Part shown: piece after piece, positions 38,381-48,954 of the stretch
Position numbering within the stretch: position 1 is the first letter of the stretch
Layout: each line of letters opens with the position of its first letter
NCBI GenBank assembly: GCA_043228905.1
Contig: JBHGNT010000013.1
Location: 5,146,001-5,210,000 of the forward strand
Direction: 5' to 3'
Length of the DNA: 64,000 nucleotides
DNA from: Azolla caroliniana
Lineage: Eukaryota > Plantae > Polypodiophyta
Notes under the pieces: model-generated
The model's input: the letters and a program-made list of their open reading frames with translations, nothing else
What the model was told of the DNA's origin: nothing
Database searches by the model: none
Program-made: the position numbers and the translations under genes

Positions 38381-41300
38381 TGTTGGATACAAAGGCCGTG
38401 TCGATGCGGAAGATCAAATAGCATTCGATTGGGGTTGAGTACCTGCGTATGACAGTTTGCAAGATCGTGCACAGAGACAGAGAGAGAGAGAGAGAGAGAC
38501 ACAAAAGACTCTTTATTCAATAGAAAAGAATAATACAACCAACCTTACAAAAAGGTTACAAGGTCACTATATATAGTGACCGACTTAGGGCAACTACCAT
38601 TTATGCTAATTACACAAATGGCCCAAACTTGATCTACACAAGGGATAGTGTGAATACGTCCATTATACACTTGTATTCGACACTCCCCCGTAATGGGCGT
38701 ATACATGGGTTATCTAAGATTACAGGTATAAACCTAGGTTCTCGGACATATCAGTTTTGTTCGAGTCGGTAGGGTCCGAAGGCAGAAGACCGGACTGGTC
38801 GGGTCGGAAGAGTTGAAGCCGATCGTTAAGGAACTGATGTCGGTTGTCGGAGACCATCCTGCGCTGTGTCCGGCTCTAACCGGACTGGTTTGTCGTTACG
38901 CCCATCTGATGCCGAAGGGACCGAAAGCGGTCTGCCGAAAGACACTTGGTCATTCCATCTGCGACATTGTCGGTTGTGGATATTTTCTCTAGACCGATTT
39001 TCCCTGAAATGACGCAGTCCCGAACGAAGTGATATCGAACGTCGATATGCTTGGAGGCGTTGTGGTGAACCGGATTTCTCGACAAGGCAACAGCACCTTG
39101 ACTGTCGCTATAGACAACTGGAGCCGAGTCATGGTCGACTTGCCGAAACGTGTGCGCCAGCCGGCCGAGCCACAAAGCTTCTTTTGCAGCGTCGGACGCA
39201 GCTACATATTCTGCTTCGGTCGTTGAGGTCGCTGTGCACTCCTGAAGTTTCGACTTCCACGAAATTGCTCCATTGCCGAATTTGAAACAGTATCCAGTTG
39301 TTGATTTCCGACTGTCTATACAGCCGGCGAAGTCCGAGTCGGTGTAACCGACTACGCCTGAGGTTGAGTTCGGACCGAAAAGAATGCCGTGATCTTTTGT
39401 GCCAGCCAGATATTTGAACACATGCTTGACTGCGTTCCAATGCGATCGGCCAGGATTGTGCATAAATCTGCTAACGACTCCTACGGCATGAGAAATATCA
39501 GGCCGTGTCGCGACCATCAGGTACATAAGGGAGCCGACTGCCGGTGCATACGGTACCGACTTCATATCTTCCCCCTCCGGACCGGATGTCGGGCAGTCTC
39601 GCTGAGAGAGCCGAAGATTCATGGGGAGCGGGGTTGAAGCAGATTTGGCTGATTGCATGTTGAAGCGTTCCAAGACACGTCCGATATAGTCGGTCTGAGA
39701 CAAAAAAAGATGTCGTTTATCGCGATGCCGACTAATCTTCATGCCGAGTATGTGTCGTGCCGGACCGAGGTCCTTCATGGCAAACTTCAACCGCAGTTGC
39801 CGAATGAGATCGGCAAGTTCGCCCGCGTGGCGTCCAGAAATTAGCATGTCGTCCACGTAAATGATGAGGAAGATGGGTGATCCATCTTGAGCTGTGTTGG
39901 TGAAGAGACAATGGTCCTCATCGCTTTTTGAGAAGCCGATCGATTGGATGAAGTCGTCGAACTTCTTGTACCATTGTCGCGGTGCCTGTTTGAGGCCGTA
40001 TAGACTCTTCCTGAGTCGGCAGACTAGATGTTCTTGGCCAGTTGCCACGAAGCCTTTTGGTTGCTCCATATAAATTTCCTCTTCAAGATCACCATGGAGG
40101 AAGGTTGTTTTGACATCTAGCTGAATCAGCTCCAAGTTGTCGGCTGCCACTACGCCGAGTAGGAAACGAAGGGTTGTCATTTTCACCACTGGTGAAAAAA
40201 TCTTGTCGAAGTCGACGCCATATTCTTGTCGGAAGCCCTTCGCAACTAATCTGGCCTTGTACTTTGGGGTGGTCGAATCAGACGTCTCTTTTAGGCGATA
40301 AACCCACTTGCAAGGAAGAGCACGTCGGTTCCTAGGTAATTCGACCAGATCCCAAGTCTTGTTTGCCCGGATGGAGTGCATTTCCGACTCCATCGCCAGA
40401 TGCCAGGTGGCTGAATCGACAAATGTCGATGCTTCTTCGTAAGACGTCGGTTCGCCGGCGTCGGTGAAGAAAATTCCAGGAGAATACCTCTCCGGAGGTT
40501 GCGACAGTCTCTCGGATCGTTGAGGTATGATTGGACTGGTCGCATCGGGTATCGAGGTCGGATGGTCCGAAAGCGAATCATTCGGCTGTGCCGAGTCGGA
40601 GCTGTCCGAGTCGGGAGTGTAAGGTTCAGCTACCCGTGAAGCTGACCGTGTGTTAAGAGCGGGGCCTTCTTGAAGGGTCGGCACATCGGAAAATGTTACC
40701 CTTCGGACTTCGGTCGGTGTTTCGCCTGATGGAGTCATAGCCGACTCGTTGAACACAACGTCCGAACTTCGAACGATTTGTCTGCGTTCGGGGTCCCAGA
40801 GTCGGTATCCCATTTCGCCGTCTGATCCATATCCAAGGAAAATGCATTTCCTGGACCGAGGTGCAAGTTTTCGGCGAACATCTTTCGGAATAAGGGCGTA
40901 CGCCTCGCATCCGAAGATCCTCAGCTTGTCGTAATTCGGCTTACTGCCGATCCATAGTTCCTGAGGAATTTGAAGTCCTAGAGGTCTACTTGGCGACATA
41001 TTGATTATGTGTACTGCCGTGAGTAGAGCCTCTGCCCAGAAGCCATCCGACAGTCCGGAGTGTTGGAGCATGGAAACTATCCGTTCTTGGATTGTCCGAT
41101 TCATTCGTTCTGCAATCCCGTTTTGCTCCGGACTGTGTGGTGCCGTAAATTCACGTCGGATGCCGCGTTGTCGGCAGAATTTGACGAATTCTTCGGATTT
41201 GAACTCTCCCCCATTATCGGTCCGAAAGCATTTCAGTTTTCGGTCGGTTTGATTTTCTACCATAGCGAGCCAATCGGAGAAGATCGAGAAGACACGATCT

Positions 41301-43475
41301 TTGGTGCGAATTGGATAAGCCCACACCTTTCGAGTCGAATCGTCAATAAAACTGACGAAGTAAGAGGCACCGCCAAGAGACAGATGCGGCATTGGGCCAC
41401 AGACGTCCGAGTGGACTAAATCGAGAGGTCTCGTTTCTCTTGGTGCTGATGTCGGGTGTGATGCGGCTGCTTGTTTGCCATACTGGCAATGCTTGCAGAA
41501 TTGATGGTCGGAGAAGGAGAGTTTGGGGATGTACCCGGCTCTAGATAGATGCGTAATGCCGGCCTTGCTGAGGTGTCCTAATCTTCGGTGCCATAGTGAT
41601 GACACAGGAATATCCACCAAAAATGGGTTACCCTCTCTGAGCGTAACATGTAACGGGTACAGTGAGTGTATCTTGGGTCCTCTAGCAAGCAGGAGGTTCC
41701 CCCTGTGGAGTGTCCACCCTCCCGAAGAGAAACCGGCACGAATGCCGTCTTCATCTAGTTGTCCGACTGAGATCATTGGCCTCGAGAGCTCGGGTACATG
41801 TCGGACATTGTGAAGTACAAGTGTAGAGCCGCCTGCAAGGTTGAGCTCTACTGTGCCAATTCCAATGATGTCACAGTGTTGTGAGTTGCCGACTCGAACT
41901 GAGTCGGAGTGACGGATCGTATATTGCCGAAATTGGGATCTATGAGGAGTCACGTGAAATGACGCGCCCGAATCCAAGAGCCATGTGCTCGATTCTTCAG
42001 TCGTGAGCAGAACTTCTGATCCGACTGGATTTTCGATTGACAGTATATTCGGGTCGTTTGGTAGCACATCAGCTGAGAAGCTGACGTAATTGATCTCCTC
42101 ATGCCGGCCACTCTTCTTGTCTGATTTCTGAGACTTGTCGTTCTTGTTCTTGAGTGCGCGGCAGTCGGCTTTGATGTGTCCGGGTTTCTTGCAATAGTTG
42201 CAGATTCGATTATCCCGTGACTGGCTCCGTCTTCGCTGATTGTTCGGCTGCCGTGAGGAATCTCTTCCTCGTATGTTCGATCGGTCTGTCGAACCTTGTA
42301 CTACATAAGCGTCGTCTGTTGAGTCTTTGGCGAAAGACTTTCTCCGAGCTGCTTCGGTCAGGATCGCGCTCGTGACTTCGGAGTATTTAACAGCCGTGGT
42401 TGACGCGTTGCACACGGTTGTGACGAAAGTTTCCCATGATGAGGGAAGGCTACTCATGAGTATCATTGCTCTGAGTTCATCCTCGATTGCCATCCCCTGA
42501 GATGAGATTTGGGAGCTTATGCTTTCGTACTCATTGAGATGTGCTTGAACCAAATCGGATTCTTTCATCCGCAAGTTGTAGAGGCGCCGGATCAGAAACA
42601 TCTTCGTTGCGGCGACCTTCTTTTCGTAAGTGTCCGACAGTGTTTTCCACAGTTCGAATGCTGTCGTACACGATTGCACCGTAAAGTATACCGATTCCGA
42701 TAGGTGCATCCGAATCGTGGCGCGGACGATTCTGTCCAGCTTCTGCCACTCAATTGGTTTGTATCCTTCTGGAGGTTCTTCATTTTCGATGGGATCGATT
42801 TGCCCCTTGACTATGAGATAGTCCTGCATTTGCTCCTTCCAGAAGTTGAAGTTCGATCCATCGAACTTTCGTAGACTCATTTCTGACGAGCCGGATGTTG
42901 ATGCCATCAAATTTGGTTTCGGTTGACGAAGCTCGGTTCGGAGTTGACTACGAACCTTGTTGGAGTGCAGCCGGTTGGCTCACCCGATATCGTTCTAGTC
43001 GGATTTGAACCCGAGTCGGTTCGGCTTCGGATATATGTATTGTTGAACTTGCTCGAATTGACTCCGGTAACTTGAGGGACAGAACCGACTGGTCTTCCCG
43101 AATGTTGCCAAATCGGAGTGAGCCCGGTTCGCTTCGGATATATATGCCGAATACCGATTATTGAAACCGATTGTCTGGACCGATTCTGCTTCGGGTGACT
43201 GCAGCGACGAGAGAGACGGACGGATCCAACTGATCCTCTCGAATGTCGATCAGCCGGATGAAGCACGAATTGGGGTTGTTGTCTTGAGACCGATTTGCAC
43301 CGAGTGGTTACAATGAGCGGCGAGCAGCGTTTGTTGACCTCTTCGGATGCCGTTTAACCGAGTGGAGCACGATCGTGTCAAAGTTGCACAAGGGGATTTC
43401 ACCTCGAGCGGTTACGATCACAAGGAACAGAGTACAACCGGCTGGCTTACTCCAAGCGAAAATGATCTATTGTAT
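38381..43475 (-). mobile_element. Ty1/Copia element H with 3' LTR but no own 5' LTR or PBS
   Basis: 3' LTR ~38381(or 38399)-38682, PPT (CGGGGGAG) at 38683-38690, intact polyprotein; no second LTR copy and no GCTCTGATACCA upstream of the ORF. Confidence 0.85.
38876..42910 (-). CDS. Intact Copia (Tnt1/Tork-like) Gag-Pol polyprotein, 1344 aa
   Basis: Gag, CNYCKKPGHIKADC knuckle, protease WLLDSGASFH, LWHRRLGH/CKHC Zn finger, integrase D-D-E (HSDVCG, TDNGGEF, AERMN), RT IYVDDML, RNase H YTDSDFAG...EAEY...DSQGA...ADGMTK; no stops. Confidence 0.97.
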   Translation of the reverse strand: MMASTSGSSEMSLRKFDGSNFNFWKEQMQDYLIVKGQIDPIENEEPPEGYKPIEWQKLDRIVRATIRMHLSESVYFTVQSCTTAFELWKTLSDTYEKKVAATKMFLIRRLYNLRMKESDLVQAHLNEYESISSQISSQGMAIEDELRAMILMSSLPSSWETFVTTVCNASTTAVKYSEVTSAILTEAARRKSFAKDSTDDAYVVQGSTDRSNIRGRDSSRQPNNQRRRSQSRDNRICNYCKKPGHIKADCRALKNKNDKSQKSDKKSGRHEEINYVSFSADVLPNDPNILSIENPVGSEVLLTTEESSTWLLDSGASFHVTPHRSQFRQYTIRHSDSVRVGNSQHCDIIGIGTVELNLAGGSTLVLHNVRHVPELSRPMISVGQLDEDGIRAGFSSGGWTLHRGNLLLARGPKIHSLYPLHVTLREGNPFLVDIPVSSLWHRRLGHLSKAGITHLSRAGYIPKLSFSDHQFCKHCQYGKQAAASHPTSAPRETRPLDLVHSDVCGPMPHLSLGGASYFVSFIDDSTRKVWAYPIRTKDRVFSIFSDWLAMVENQTDRKLKCFRTDNGGEFKSEEFVKFCRQRGIRREFTAPHSPEQNGIAERMNRTIQERIVSMLQHSGLSDGFWAEALLTAVHIINMSPSRPLGLQIPQELWIGSKPNYDKLRIFGCEAYALIPKDVRRKLAPRSRKCIFLGYGSDGEMGYRLWDPERRQIVRSSDVVFNESAMTPSGETPTEVRRVTFSDVPTLQEGPALNTRSASRVAEPYTPDSDSSDSAQPNDSLSDHPTSIPDATSPIIPQRSERLSQPPERYSPGIFFTDAGEPTSYEEASTFVDSATWHLAMESEMHSIRANKTWDLVELPRNRRALPCKWVYRLKETSDSTTPKYKARLVAKGFRQEYGVDFDKIFSPVVKMTTLRFLLGVVAADNLELIQLDVKTTFLHGDLEEEIYMEQPKGFVATGQEHLVCRLRKSLYGLKQAPRQWYKKFDDFIQSIGFSKSDEDHCLFTNTAQDGSPIFLIIYVDDMLISGRHAGELADLIRQLRLKFAMKDLGPARHILGMKISRHRDKRHLFLSQTDYIGRVLERFNMQSAKSASTPLPMNLRLSQRDCPTSGPEGEDMKSVPYAPAVGSLMYLMVATRPDISHAVGVVSRFMHNPGRSHWNAVKHVFKYLAGTKDHGILFGPNSTSGVVGYTDSDFAGCIDSRKSTTGYCFKFGNGAISWKSKLQECTATSTTEAEYVAASDAAKEALWLGRLAHTFRQVDHDSAPVVYSDSQGAVALSRNPVHHNASKHIDVRYHFVRDCVISGKIGLEKISTTDNVADGMTKCLSADRFRSLRHQMGVTTNQSG

Positions 43476-45127
43476 TACGAGATACAGATAAATACACAAT
43501 GATAACTATTGTATTACTTCCGTCAAAACACTTTACAAATCATCGGATCCTTTTATAGGCATCCGGCAAGGTTACAATCGGTGCGCTTAGGCAACCGACA
43601 TCCGAATCGGTTCGGATCCGGATCGGTACAACTGTACCGAATCCGTCCCTCCGAATAATAATTCTACTATTACTTCCTATTATCCGATCCGATTCCGCCT
43701 TCCCACTTGTCCTTGCTCTTCTGACCGGCCAACACCGTTTAGGCACCTCGCGATGAAAAAGTTCAAGGAACTTTGTACACACGATTTGGAAAGTGGTGGC
43801 CTCTCCTATTTCGAGGCGAGAGTACCATCGTGGGGCCGGTCCATCGAGGGAGAGTGTGAACTCGGCAATCTTTGAGGCATCGATTTCGGCCGGCGTGAGG
43901 CGGTGCGTTGAGTGGTTAGCCTGCCACGTGGATATGGAGGCACGGATGTGTGACTCCGCGTCTGGTCCGTTGGTGTATCATGGGTATGGGTACGGCATGA
44001 TGTCGTACTATGGGTCTTCTGGTAGCACTGGAAAAGGGTTTAGTTCCGGTTGATTGACCTCCGGAGGGCTCGACGGGGGTTTTGGTGGTGAATCAACTCG
44101 CGATCGAGTGTCCGGTGGCGAGGATTGCACTGGACAAGCCTCTGATTGATCAGGAAAGGATTGGTCAGTGACCGCCGAGTCGGAAGTTCCTTCGACTGGC
44201 TCAGGGCATCGGGCGGGTGGCCGAGACCTTGTGGTGCGAGAGGGCGCCGTAACGGCGGCTGGTGGTTACCTTCAACAAAGTTCGCTATGCACTCACAGCT
44301 GTAACCGGGCGTGACACCTTTGATAGATCTGCGGCTATCGGTATTCAAGGGCGTGGTGCATGAAGGCTCGTAACAGAGGCGTCGAGAGAGAGACAGTGCT
44401 CAGAGAGAAAACACTAACGAGATCTTGGCAGGCGTGGGCGGCGCTCAAATCATAGGTATGAATCAACGCATAGACACATGGAGCAAACTGGGCACAATTC
44501 AGATATATTACTGCAACAGAAAAGATTACAGAACACAGCCTACGGCCGGTGACCTTACAAGATTATCTAATTACGAGGGACTCGGCTAGTGCTTCCACCT
44601 ATATTTTTCTTCTCTCCCTCCTCTCTGAGGTACTGGTCCTTGTTTAAATAACTTTTCCCCTAATACACAGTCGAGCCGTCGGTGGCCCGTGATACTCGGA
44701 CTCGGCGTTTGCTACTTTCCTAATTTTACATTTCTGTCCTCTGGACAACCCAAAACATGCAATCGAAACAGGTTGTTTTCGGATTGCCAAAATTTAGTGG
44801 CCGGAAGGCCCAAATTTGTGAAGCATGCCAGCTGAGGAAGCAATATCGGCTTCCGTTCCCCATCAAAAGAAACCGGAGCCGTAACAAGCTCGACTTGATA
44901 CATTCAGATGTTTGGAGACCGGCACAAAACGTTAGTCTTGGCGGGAGCCAATATTTCGTCTCCTTCATCGATGACTATAGCAGACACACCTGGATCTATT
45001 CATTGAGAAGAAAAGTGAAGTCTTCGACTGTTTCCAAAGTTACCTACAAAGTCTTGTCGAATGTGAAACAAAGAGAAAGATCAAGTGCCTGTGGTTGGAT
45101 GGCGGAAAAGAATTCTTTTCCGGCCAA

Positions 45128-46450
45128 GAGCCCCTATTCTCGGAGTTTGGTGAGAACCAACCAGACGTGGTGTCTGTGCTCCTCCCAGTTGGAAGAAAAA
45201 ACTAGGATGTTGACAAGGTAGATGACCACGAAATAATTGAGATACTCTCGAAAAATATCGTTCATCATGTGCTGGAAGACAACGGGAGCATTGGTAAGGC
45301 CGAATGACATCACTTTGTACTCGAAATGTCCATAGCATGTTCGAAAGGTCATTTTCCACTCGTCTCCAGGCTTGATGCGCACCAAATTGTAGGCGCCCCG
45401 AAGGTCGATTTTGGAGAAGATATGTCCATTTCGGAGTCGATCGAGCAGCACTGGAATTTAGGGCAGGGGGTAACGATTACGCATCGTAACTTTGTTGAGA
45501 CCCCGATAATCCACACATAAGCGTAAGGAACCGTCCTTCTTTTTGACAAATAAGATTGGTGCCCCAGTTGGTGATTTGGAGGGTTGAATGAAGCCCTTCG
45601 CGAGATTTTCAGCCAAATATTTGCGGAGAGCCTCAAGTTCAGGTTCAGATAACCCATAAATAGGACCGAATGGGGGATGCTCGCCAGCTTGGAGTTCGAT
45701 TGGGCAATCGTAGGGGCGATGAGCCGGTAACCGATCAGCATTCCGCTTTTCGATGATGTCGGAAAAGTCGCTATATCGGACGGGTAAATTGTTGATAGGA
45801 ACGGTGACGTCCCCCGACACAACGGTCAGTGTAGTGACCAAACCGGACTCGACCACAACGGAATCAAGAGAGTGTCATGACCTAGCAGGAATTGGCCTTA
45901 CTGGAAAAGTGATGGAGCGGTTACACCAATCCACTGTTGGATTGTGTCTTCAACTAAGATAGCCCTAACACAATCAGATGTCGGGGGGTTGCAATGAGGT
46001 AGAACGTGAGTTCTTCCTGGTGCTCCCCGACTTGAACTACCAACGGAATAGTGGCTTCGATAACCGCCCCCAAAGAGAGAACCCGACCGTTGATTGCTTC
46101 AACAGATATGGGTTGTGATGTGCGGACGGTGGGGATATTATGTGCAGGGACAAACGATTTATCGATAAAGCAAGTAGAGGCTCCAGAATTGAGCAAGGCA
46201 TGAGAATTTATTGAAGTCGAACCAACACAAAGACTTACTTGCAAAGAAAACCCTCCTAATGGTGGAACGGACTTGTAGGAGCATGGAGAAGGTGAGTAAC
46301 GGGAAGCGCCTAGCAGCATGGCTCCTACTATAGCCGAATTTGGTCGTTTTCCTGTTGTTGAGGAACACCTCCACAAGACGTGTATGATGGAATTGGTGCC
46401 GCGGGCCCCTCACCGGGCAGTGGCGGATGACATGGTCAGGGTTGCCACAA
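45128..46450 (-). pseudogene. Tcn1-like Gypsy fragment (Gag knuckle, protease, N-terminal half of RT)
   Basis: [38 protein letters not shown]...[11 protein letters not shown]...[27 protein letters not shown]; truncated at both ends. Confidence 0.85.
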
Positions 46451-46924
46451 AAGCAAGAGAAAAGATAGAAGGAAAAAAACGCATAATAAGGCAGAGAAAG
46501 CAGGGCAGAGAAAAAAGCTCATAACTTCTGCATCTCTTATCCAAATTTCAAAAAAAAAAGATTCATAAGAAAGCTAACAAAGAGAGCTTTCTTTATGATA
46601 AATTTAGAAACATAAAATAGAAATAACGATATGAAAAATGCATCACATAAACTCAAGCATATGTAAAAGAAAAGAAAAGAAAAAAGCAAGAATAACGCAA
46701 CTAGAAACCTATAAATATGAGGGTATTCATAGCAATAGGGGGGAGGATAGATTATCTACAAGAACAAGGGAGAAAGAATAAGAGGGTTATAAGAAGCTTA
46801 GTAGAAGAAAGGGTGAAGAGTATAAGAGTATAAGAGTATTGTATTCTTTTCTTATTAGTATATTGAAGCATTCTTTTTTCCTCCTCCTCTCTTCTCTATC
46901 ATTTTTCTCTATCTCTTCATCAGA

Positions 46925-48132
46925 AGGCATTGGAAAAAATTTGCATGCATACTAAATTAAGTGTCAATAGCTCTAAAACAAAGATTATGCTTGTGAAGAG
47001 CCAAAAAAGAGATAAACCATGCATTATGTACAACAATGAGCCACTTGAATGTGTGGAAAGCTTCAAGTATATTGGCCTTGAAGTTCCTTCAAATCATAGA
47101 TGGAATGAATGTGCTACACGACGCTTAGAGGCGGGTAAGCGAGCATACTATGCATTTGAGAACACATGCAATCTTGGAGATATTAAATGTTGGGTCCTCA
47201 AGAAATATCTTTTCGACACTTTGGTGACACCGGTTCTTCTCTATGGGGTGGAAGTATGGGGCGGTAGCATCCCTAAATCTATGTGGAAAGAGTTTGAAAA
47301 TGTCCAAAAACATTTCCTTACAAAGTTTCTACAAGTTAAGAAACAAAAGCCCTACACCCTCCTCCTCTTTGAGACGGGATCGCTTCCCATTGTGATCATG
47401 GTCATGGAAAGGGTTGTTGAATACATGCTTAAGGTTCAAAAAAGTCCCTCACGTCCACTTCCTAGAATTGCATGGGAAGCAAGCAAAAAGATCCAAAAGA
47501 CGCATAAAAGCAAAATTTTGTGTTCCAGTTGGATGGGATGCGAGACACTTGCTTCATGATGCATCATCAGATTCCTTTGTAAATGAGGCCTTTTTGCAAC
47601 GCCAATGTATCATGACATGGGACAAATGTGGAGGCTCACGCTTCACACATTATGTTACACATGTTGCACCTAACTACAAAACCATATTCTTTGCGGAATG
47701 GGGAAATCGTACACATCAATACATGTTAGAGCCCATACCGTTATCTGCCATTCGAACCATTGCTTCCATGCGACTTAGCTCACATGCATTGAGATGTGAG
47801 ACAAGGCGTTGGGGCACAAGTGATGACAGTGGTCAGCTATGCACACTTTGCCCTAAACAAGTTCGTGAGTCTGAGTATCACACTTTGATACAATGCTCTG
47901 CCTTTGATCATATTCGACCATGCTTTCCACATCTCTTCGACCGAGCCCAATCCTTGCATGAATTCCTCTCACAACCACAATGTGCACTCTCGATTGCAAC
48001 ATTCATTGGTAAAGTTCTTGAACATCAAGAGTCACTACTCACTTTCACGCGTATCATGTGAAATGTAACATTTTTGGTCTCATAGGTCATATTTCACCTC
48101 CGAAGACGATAATATAATCTATCTATCTATCT
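46925..48132 (+). mobile_element. 5'-truncated LINE (RTE/RTEX-like), ORF2 C-terminus with (ATCT)n tail
   Basis: LSVNSSKTKIM...VESFKYIG...PVLLYGVEVWG (RT thumb), RLSSHALRCET...CTLC...ESEYHTLIQC Zn finger, stop at 48061, short 3' UTR, ATCT repeats at ~48117-48132; no clear TSD. Confidence 0.85.
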
Positions 48133-48954
48133 CTCCTCTTCTCTCTGCAATTCATAGCTACGAAAACTCTAATCCGCATCACAAGCATAAAGTTTGCCCT
48201 AGGTGTATTTATACTTATACATCGTATGGGCTATTTACAAATGTAGCCTCTACTACTATCATTCCAATTATTATAGCAATATCAATAGCAGTTAATCCGT
48301 CGAATGGATGACTAGTCGACTCCTATGTCGAATATCCAGTTGGCCCAACTACTCGGCCATGTCTTTGACTTGGATCACTTGCTATCAACTCTCCTAGTCG
48401 ACTTTCCATGTCAAGTCTCTCTCAGTCGACTCTCTGTGTCTTCGATTGTTGATACTCAGCTCGACTAGTCGGCTGTTAAGAGTCTATTACTAATCAATAG
48501 ACCAAATCAAGTAAAAAGGAAGAAAATAGATTGGATAGAAGAACCCGTTCCACCCGACCACTCCCGAGCTATGATCTAGACATAGCCAACCTACCACCGA
48601 CGTCCCATACCGCCAGATATTAGGATGACTAATACCTTGGAAGAGATAAACACGATCGTCGAGACGAAAGCCTAGCCCGCACCACCGGTGTCTACGACAG
48701 CAGCCTTCCGACGTGATGATCCCTATGAGGGTAGCTAAGCCTCATATTTATACCTTTTCCTAGGCCCCTTGAATAGATGTGCCTTTCTAAAAGGCTCTCT
48801 ATTCATTGGTTGTCTAAATCATGATAGTGCATGCACATATCATTCATTCTATCCAATCATTAGTCCCCTTTTTAATAATAGTGAACATACCCTTCACTAA
48901 TGTAAATATTAGTGACCTACCCTCACCAACGTTATGTGTACATAACATACTCCC

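Larger units (their letters stand above)
34611..43734 (-). mobile_element. Gypsy-type element G (related to F), pol-less, carries Copia H
   Basis: TSD CCGTT (34606-34610/43735-43739), whose removal restores the F gag frame; LTR 34611-34996 and shared LTR segment 43476-43734; TATA (CTATAAAAG) on the minus strand; Gag knuckle CYYCRKEGHYSNQC followed by a V-TTRSK-W motif also seen in F. Confidence 0.85.
33157..44750 (-). mobile_element. Non-chromoviral (Tat/Athila-like) Gypsy element F, gag only, pol deleted
   Basis: TSD CAAAA (33152-33156/44751-44755); LTR pieces 33157-33455 and ~44314-44750; Arg-type PBS remnant TGTCACGCCCGGT (44304-44316, minus strand); gag SLDGPAPRWY...FLELFHREVPK|RELLWQFF split by G; three Zn-knuckle-like motifs in 33451-34515. 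Confidence 0.85.
30910..45127 (+). mobile_element. Ty1/Copia element E (same group as D and K), internally deleted and 3'-truncated
   Basis: 5' LTR 30910-32262 (contains a MITE); PBS TGGTATTAGAGC at 32263-32274; gag start MASSLPTEKLDRS at 32378; PR and pre-integrase to 33156; integrase resumes at 44756 (RLQN|MQSKQVV) and stops abruptly at ~45127. Confidence 0.85.

Noticed and set aside
33354-43266. Numerous overlapping + strand and alternative-frame ORFs
   Set aside because: Shadow ORFs of GC-rich gag/pol and extra-ORF sequence
46880-48145. TSD for the LINE
   Set aside because: Flanks are low-complexity TC repeats, so a duplication cannot be told from chance
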